A stretch of DNA of 64,000 bases from assembly GCA_937625935.1 (NCBI GenBank), contig OW569348.1:609396-673395 (forward strand), in the 5' to 3' direction. A model generated the notes under the pieces. It was not told where the DNA came from and made no database searches. It was given only the letters and a program-made list of their open reading frames with translations. This document shows, piece after piece, positions 60,279 through 64,000 of the stretch (within the stretch, counting starts at the first letter, position 1; the number at the start of each line of letters is the position of its first letter). A program made the position numbers and the translations under genes. Source of the stretch: Tetramitus jugosus. Taxonomy: Eukaryota; Protista; Heterolobosea.

Positions 60279-61304
60279 GGGAGCTGAAAGTCAGTAACGA
60301 ATACTCGAAAACAGTAAAGATGAAGATCAGCAACGTTACTGACTGAAACTCAGAATTGTTTATTTATAAAGGAAAGTGCCTCAGAAACATTTTACAAGGA
60401 ACAACATTGTCCTCATCAATTTTTAATGAGGAGTTGCCATCAATATATTCAATAAAATACTTCCCACTCCTCTTGATTGAAAATACTGCTCGACTACGAA
60501 TCTTACCAGAAGGGAACGAATTCAAATGTTCATCGAGTTCACAAAGGAACTGACGAGCCATATATTGTACCCCCTCGATCAAGAGCAGTCTTCTTCTTCT
60601 CTGTTACTCCACCTGACCCTATAAAACACCCTTTTCAAAGCATCTCTCGAAACTCCCGTTATTCTATCTATTTCTGATATATCGTACTGACAACCTTTTA
60701 CAAAGGCATTAAGACTCTTGTCTTTCTTTCTCGTATATTTCCTTGCTGATGAACTTACATTTGTAGATCTACCAGGAACACCGGAGAGAACGGCATTTTC
60801 GTCCATATACATACTCCTTTGATACTTTTCCATATGTGAAATAACAGTATCATGAAAATCGTTAGCTTCACTGGGAAGATCTTTCATTCCCTGTTTAAAT
60901 GCGAAGTAAATGAACACAGCATTTATATGCTTGCAGATTCTTAACTTTGAGAAGTAATCTGGACAACTACAAAAACAGTACTGCAGATCAACACCGTAGC
61001 TACCAACTTTAAAGTGAAACGGACTCTCAAGCATTTCATGTACTTGTCCCTCATCATATAGTGCTTTGGATTTCTCTAATCGCAATTGCATTTCTTTCAT
61101 TGTTTCGTTCTTATGATTAGGGTTAAACTTATGTTTTGCTAACTGATCTTTTGTAAAGCGAATTATTTATTCAAGTAGTGCATCAAACCTCTTGAATTTT
61201 GATTTTACATCTTGTTCTAATAAACGTATAGCACTCTCCGTAATATTATTGGTAGATCCTAAACTATTATTTCTCAAACACCGTTCGCTGAGGTTCCAAT
61301 ATGG
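60279..61304 (-). mobile_element. 5'-truncated Mutator-like (MULE) transposon remnant: catalytic-E motif, SWIM zinc finger, chromodomain-like tail
   Basis: Frame from 61304: PYWNLSERCLRNNSLGSTNNITESAIR; SWIM CFCSCPDYFSKLRICKHI; FYRVRWSNREEEDCS(W). One stop near 61168 and a frameshift near 60580; end-like repeats at 60289-60344. Confidence 0.7.
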
Positions 61305-61323
61305 GTTGGGTTTGGGTTTGGGT
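61303..61323 (+). repeat. Interstitial telomeric tract 1
   Basis: GGGTTGGGTTTGGGTTTGGGT, same orientation as the terminal array. Confidence 0.9.
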
Positions 61324-62169
61324 CTGTCTTGTTGTTAAGGAAAACCCGAGAATTTGCTGTATTTGGTATCAGAACGTTGAAATTTACAGTTTAGTGCAAA
61401 AAAAAAAAATTGAGTTCGGTTGAGTTGTGGCTTATAGGTTGAGGGAGTAAAAAGAAGACATTTAGGACAAGGGTTGCATGGCTATGGGGTCTATTATCAG
61501 ATCGGAGATATTGAGGTTCAACGAACAGGGAGGTTCACGGTCCAGGACCGTGAAATGATTTCCTGTATTTCATCTCAGGTCAATTGTTTGTGGAGCTTTT
61601 TGGCTTCAGCAAAGAATTTCGACCAATGAGCGAAGTGATTGTAACGGATTAAGAAGGAATACCACACAGCAACATGAATATTCCCGAAGACTTGTGAAGG
61701 AGTTCAACCTGAAATACAATGGCAGTCAATAGTTAGCTATATTTTGTCTTGATCATGATCTGTGACTACTAATTACGACTTATAGATACGCCGCAATCTG
61801 ATTTTTAAGTAGTTTGATTTGATATCTTTCTGATCTATCTGTTTCCTGTTGCATTTTACGTTTGTTTTATCGTGAACACTGTTTTTTAGAGTGATACATC
61901 CTCAAACTTCGACTCTATTTTTTGGATCAACTTGCGTTCAATAGTATCTGTACTAAAGTGCAAGTGATTTCTGTTGAAAAGCAGATTTCGGTTGCATCGA
62001 CCTCCAACCAGCATATAAACCCAAATCCCACCCTTTTTTACTTTTTGATTTTATCTGCAGAATAGGTCGTAGGGGGCTCTGTAGCCATTCAATGAATCTT
62101 CAATTATATCTCTGTTGAATCGCAAACTAATTATGTCAAAAGTACATTTAGGGTTGACTTCTCCTCCAA

Positions 62170-62192
62170 GGGTTTGGGTTTGGGTTTGGGTT
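62170..62192 (+). repeat. Interstitial telomeric tract 2
   Basis: GGGTTTGGGTTTGGGTTTGGGTT, same orientation as the terminal array. Confidence 0.9.
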
Positions 62193-62410
62193 GTCACATA
62201 TCGGCTAGCCAAGACTGGCTGAATACAGTCAACTGTACGTTGTAAAGGTTGTTTTTGTATTCTTTATGGTCTGGGATGTTCAACTTAAGCTTTGTATGGA
62301 AAAAATCACTATAGATTCTGAACTATCCCCCAAACTGTGATATGGAGTTGGGTTTTGAACTCAGAAAACCCAAATCTCTATGACCGATTGAGTGATGAGT
62401 CGATAAAAAA

Positions 62411-62693
62411 TAGGCGGAACCAGGCATTTCGGCCTAGAAAAGCTTTTTTACAGAGGAACTATCTGGTTCCGCCTAAAAGTTGGACTCACAAGCGGAACTA
62501 TCTGGTTCCGCCTAAATTTTCGACTTTACAGAGGAACCAGCTGGTTCCGCCTAAAACTTGACTTTGTCAGTGGAACTATCTGGTTCCGCCTGTAATACGA
62601 CTTTTTCAGTGGAACCAGCTGGTTCCGCCTAAATGCACACATGTCTAAGAGGAACCAGATAGTTCCGCATAAAAAGATTTCTACAGAGGAACT
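62411..62693. repeat. Subtelomeric 39-bp-period tandem array with palindromic core
   Basis: GGAAC starts at 62416, 62455, 62494, 62533, 62572, 62611, 62651, 62688; core GGAACYAKCTGGTTCCGCCT. Confidence 0.95.
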
Positions 62694-63172
62694 TGGAACT
62701 AAGATCAGGAAGGTTCGAACATCTGAAGGAAGATACATTGTGACCGAGACGGTTGAAGTGCATGATTGAAGTCCTTCATAAATTGTTTGTAATGCTCAGT
62801 CGGTGAATACAATAGCCCGATGAATGCATTCTCGACTGGGAATGGCATTGTCCAGTAACCGAAACGTGGGGGAAAGGAAAAGACGAAGGACACGGCAGGA
62901 AATATTTTGTAACAAAGAATGATGAAGGAGCTTAAACTCCTTTGATGAAGGTTCAACATGGATGAAGGAGTGTTGTTAGAATTACAATGAGAGTTTTGAC
63001 ATCGAGTGCAGAGGTGCATGGAGCGAATGATTGAGTGAGAGGAAGTTGTAACACATGTTAGGAAGAAGAATCAAGGAAGTGAGAACAAGATGACAATGGT
63101 GGACATTGTATTCCTGCATAAAAGTTGTTTTTGAGATGATTTTGTAATTTTGATGAGAAAATAGATTTAGGC

Positions 63173-64000
63173 TTGGGTTTGGGTTTGGGTTTGGGTTTGG
63201 GTTTGGGTTTGGGTTTGGGTTTGGGTTTGGGTTTGGGTTTGGGTTTGGGTTTGGGTTTGGGTTTGGGTTTGGGTTTGGGTTTGGGTTTGGGTTTGGGTTT
63301 GGGTTTGGGTTTGGGTTTGGGTTTGGGTTTGGGTTTGGGTTTGGGTTTGGGTTTGGGTTTGGGTTTGGGTTTGGGTTTGGGTTTGGGTTTGGGTTTGGGT
63401 TTGGGTTTGGGTTTGGGTTTGGGTTTGGGTTTGGGTTTGGGTTTGGGTTTGGGTTTGGGTTTGGGTTTGGGTTTGGGTTTGGGTTTGGGTTTGGGTTTGG
63501 GTTTGGGTTTGGGTTTGGGTTTGGGTTTGGGTTTGGGTTTGGGTTTGGGTTTGGGTTTGGGTTTGGGTTTGGGTTTGGGTTTGGGTTTGGGTTTGGGTTT
63601 GGGTTTGGGTTTGGGTTTGGGTTTGGGTTTGGGTTTGGGTTTGGGTTTGGGTTTGGGTTTGGGTTTGGGTTTGGGTTTGGGTTTGGGTTTGGGTTTGGGT
63701 TTGGGTTTGGGTTTGGGTTTGGGTTTGGGTTTGGGTTTGGGTTTGGGTTTGGGTTTGGGTTTGGGTTTGGGTTTGGGTTTGGGTTTGGGTTTGGGTTTGG
63801 GTTTGGGTTTGGGTTTGGGTTTGGGTTTGGGTTTGGGTTTGGGTTTGGGTTTGGGTTTGGGTTTGGGTTTGGGTTTGGGTTTGGGTTTGGGTTTGGGTTT
63901 GGGTTTGGGTTTGGGTTTGGGTTTGGGTTTGGGTTTGGGTTTGGGTTTGATTTGGGTTTGGGTTTGGTGGGTTTGGGTTTGGGTTTGGGTTTGGGTTTGG
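63173..64000 (+). repeat. Telomere (TTTGGG)n
   Basis: About 830 bp of nearly pure TTTGGG with the G-strand running 5'->3' to the window end; two variant units near 63946-63970. Confidence 0.98.

Noticed and set aside
61398-61409. A12 run as a retroposon poly(A) tail
   Set aside because: It is not adjacent to the telomeric tract, has no TSD, and similar A/T runs occur in ordinary intergenic DNA here.
62411-62693. CRISPR array, paired with the Cas4-like nuclease at 52-53 kb
   Set aside because: Linkers are only about 16 bp and share GACT(T)..CA, so they are diverged copies rather than acquired spacers. There is no cas1/cas2, the nuclease is 9 kb away, decayed and lacks Cas4 Fe-S cysteine motifs, and the host is eukaryotic.
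62337-63019. ORFs 62337-62561 (+), 62526-62738 (-) and 62705-63019 (-)
   Set aside because: RN(Q/Y)LVP repeats appear on both strands simply because the 39-bp unit is palindromic, and both frames hit stops inside the array. The third ORF has no recognisable motif.

Overview
Right-hand end of a chromosome from a gene-dense eukaryotic microbe using the standard genetic code, with short GT-AG introns. RWP-RK factor + 7TM-RGS receptor + axonemal dynein suggest a heterolobosean (Naegleria-like) amoeboflagellate (inference). 1-51.2 kb is a compact core of about 20 intact genes: C2/permuted-papain protein, CCT5, mono-ART, SSR3, PAF1, Pga1-like, CRAL-TRIO, DNAH10-type dynein, S8 protease, STPG, RWP-RK, VPS52, GT61, 7TM-RGS, calmodulin-like, UTP13, LRR, FANCJ. 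51.2-63.2 kb is a subtelomeric zone with one intact GT14 gene among decayed or rearranged sequences: a cytochrome b5 + PD-(D/E)xK nuclease pseudogene; an Ebony-like NRPS (A-T-GNAT) whose adenylation domain is cut, inverted and reordered; an unknown decayed ORF; a SWIM/chromodomain MULE-type transposase broken exactly at an interstitial telomeric tract; a second interstitial tract; and a 39-bp-period array with a palindromic core. The window ends in about 830 bp of (TTTGGG)n telomere. All calls come from manual motif reading; no searches were run.
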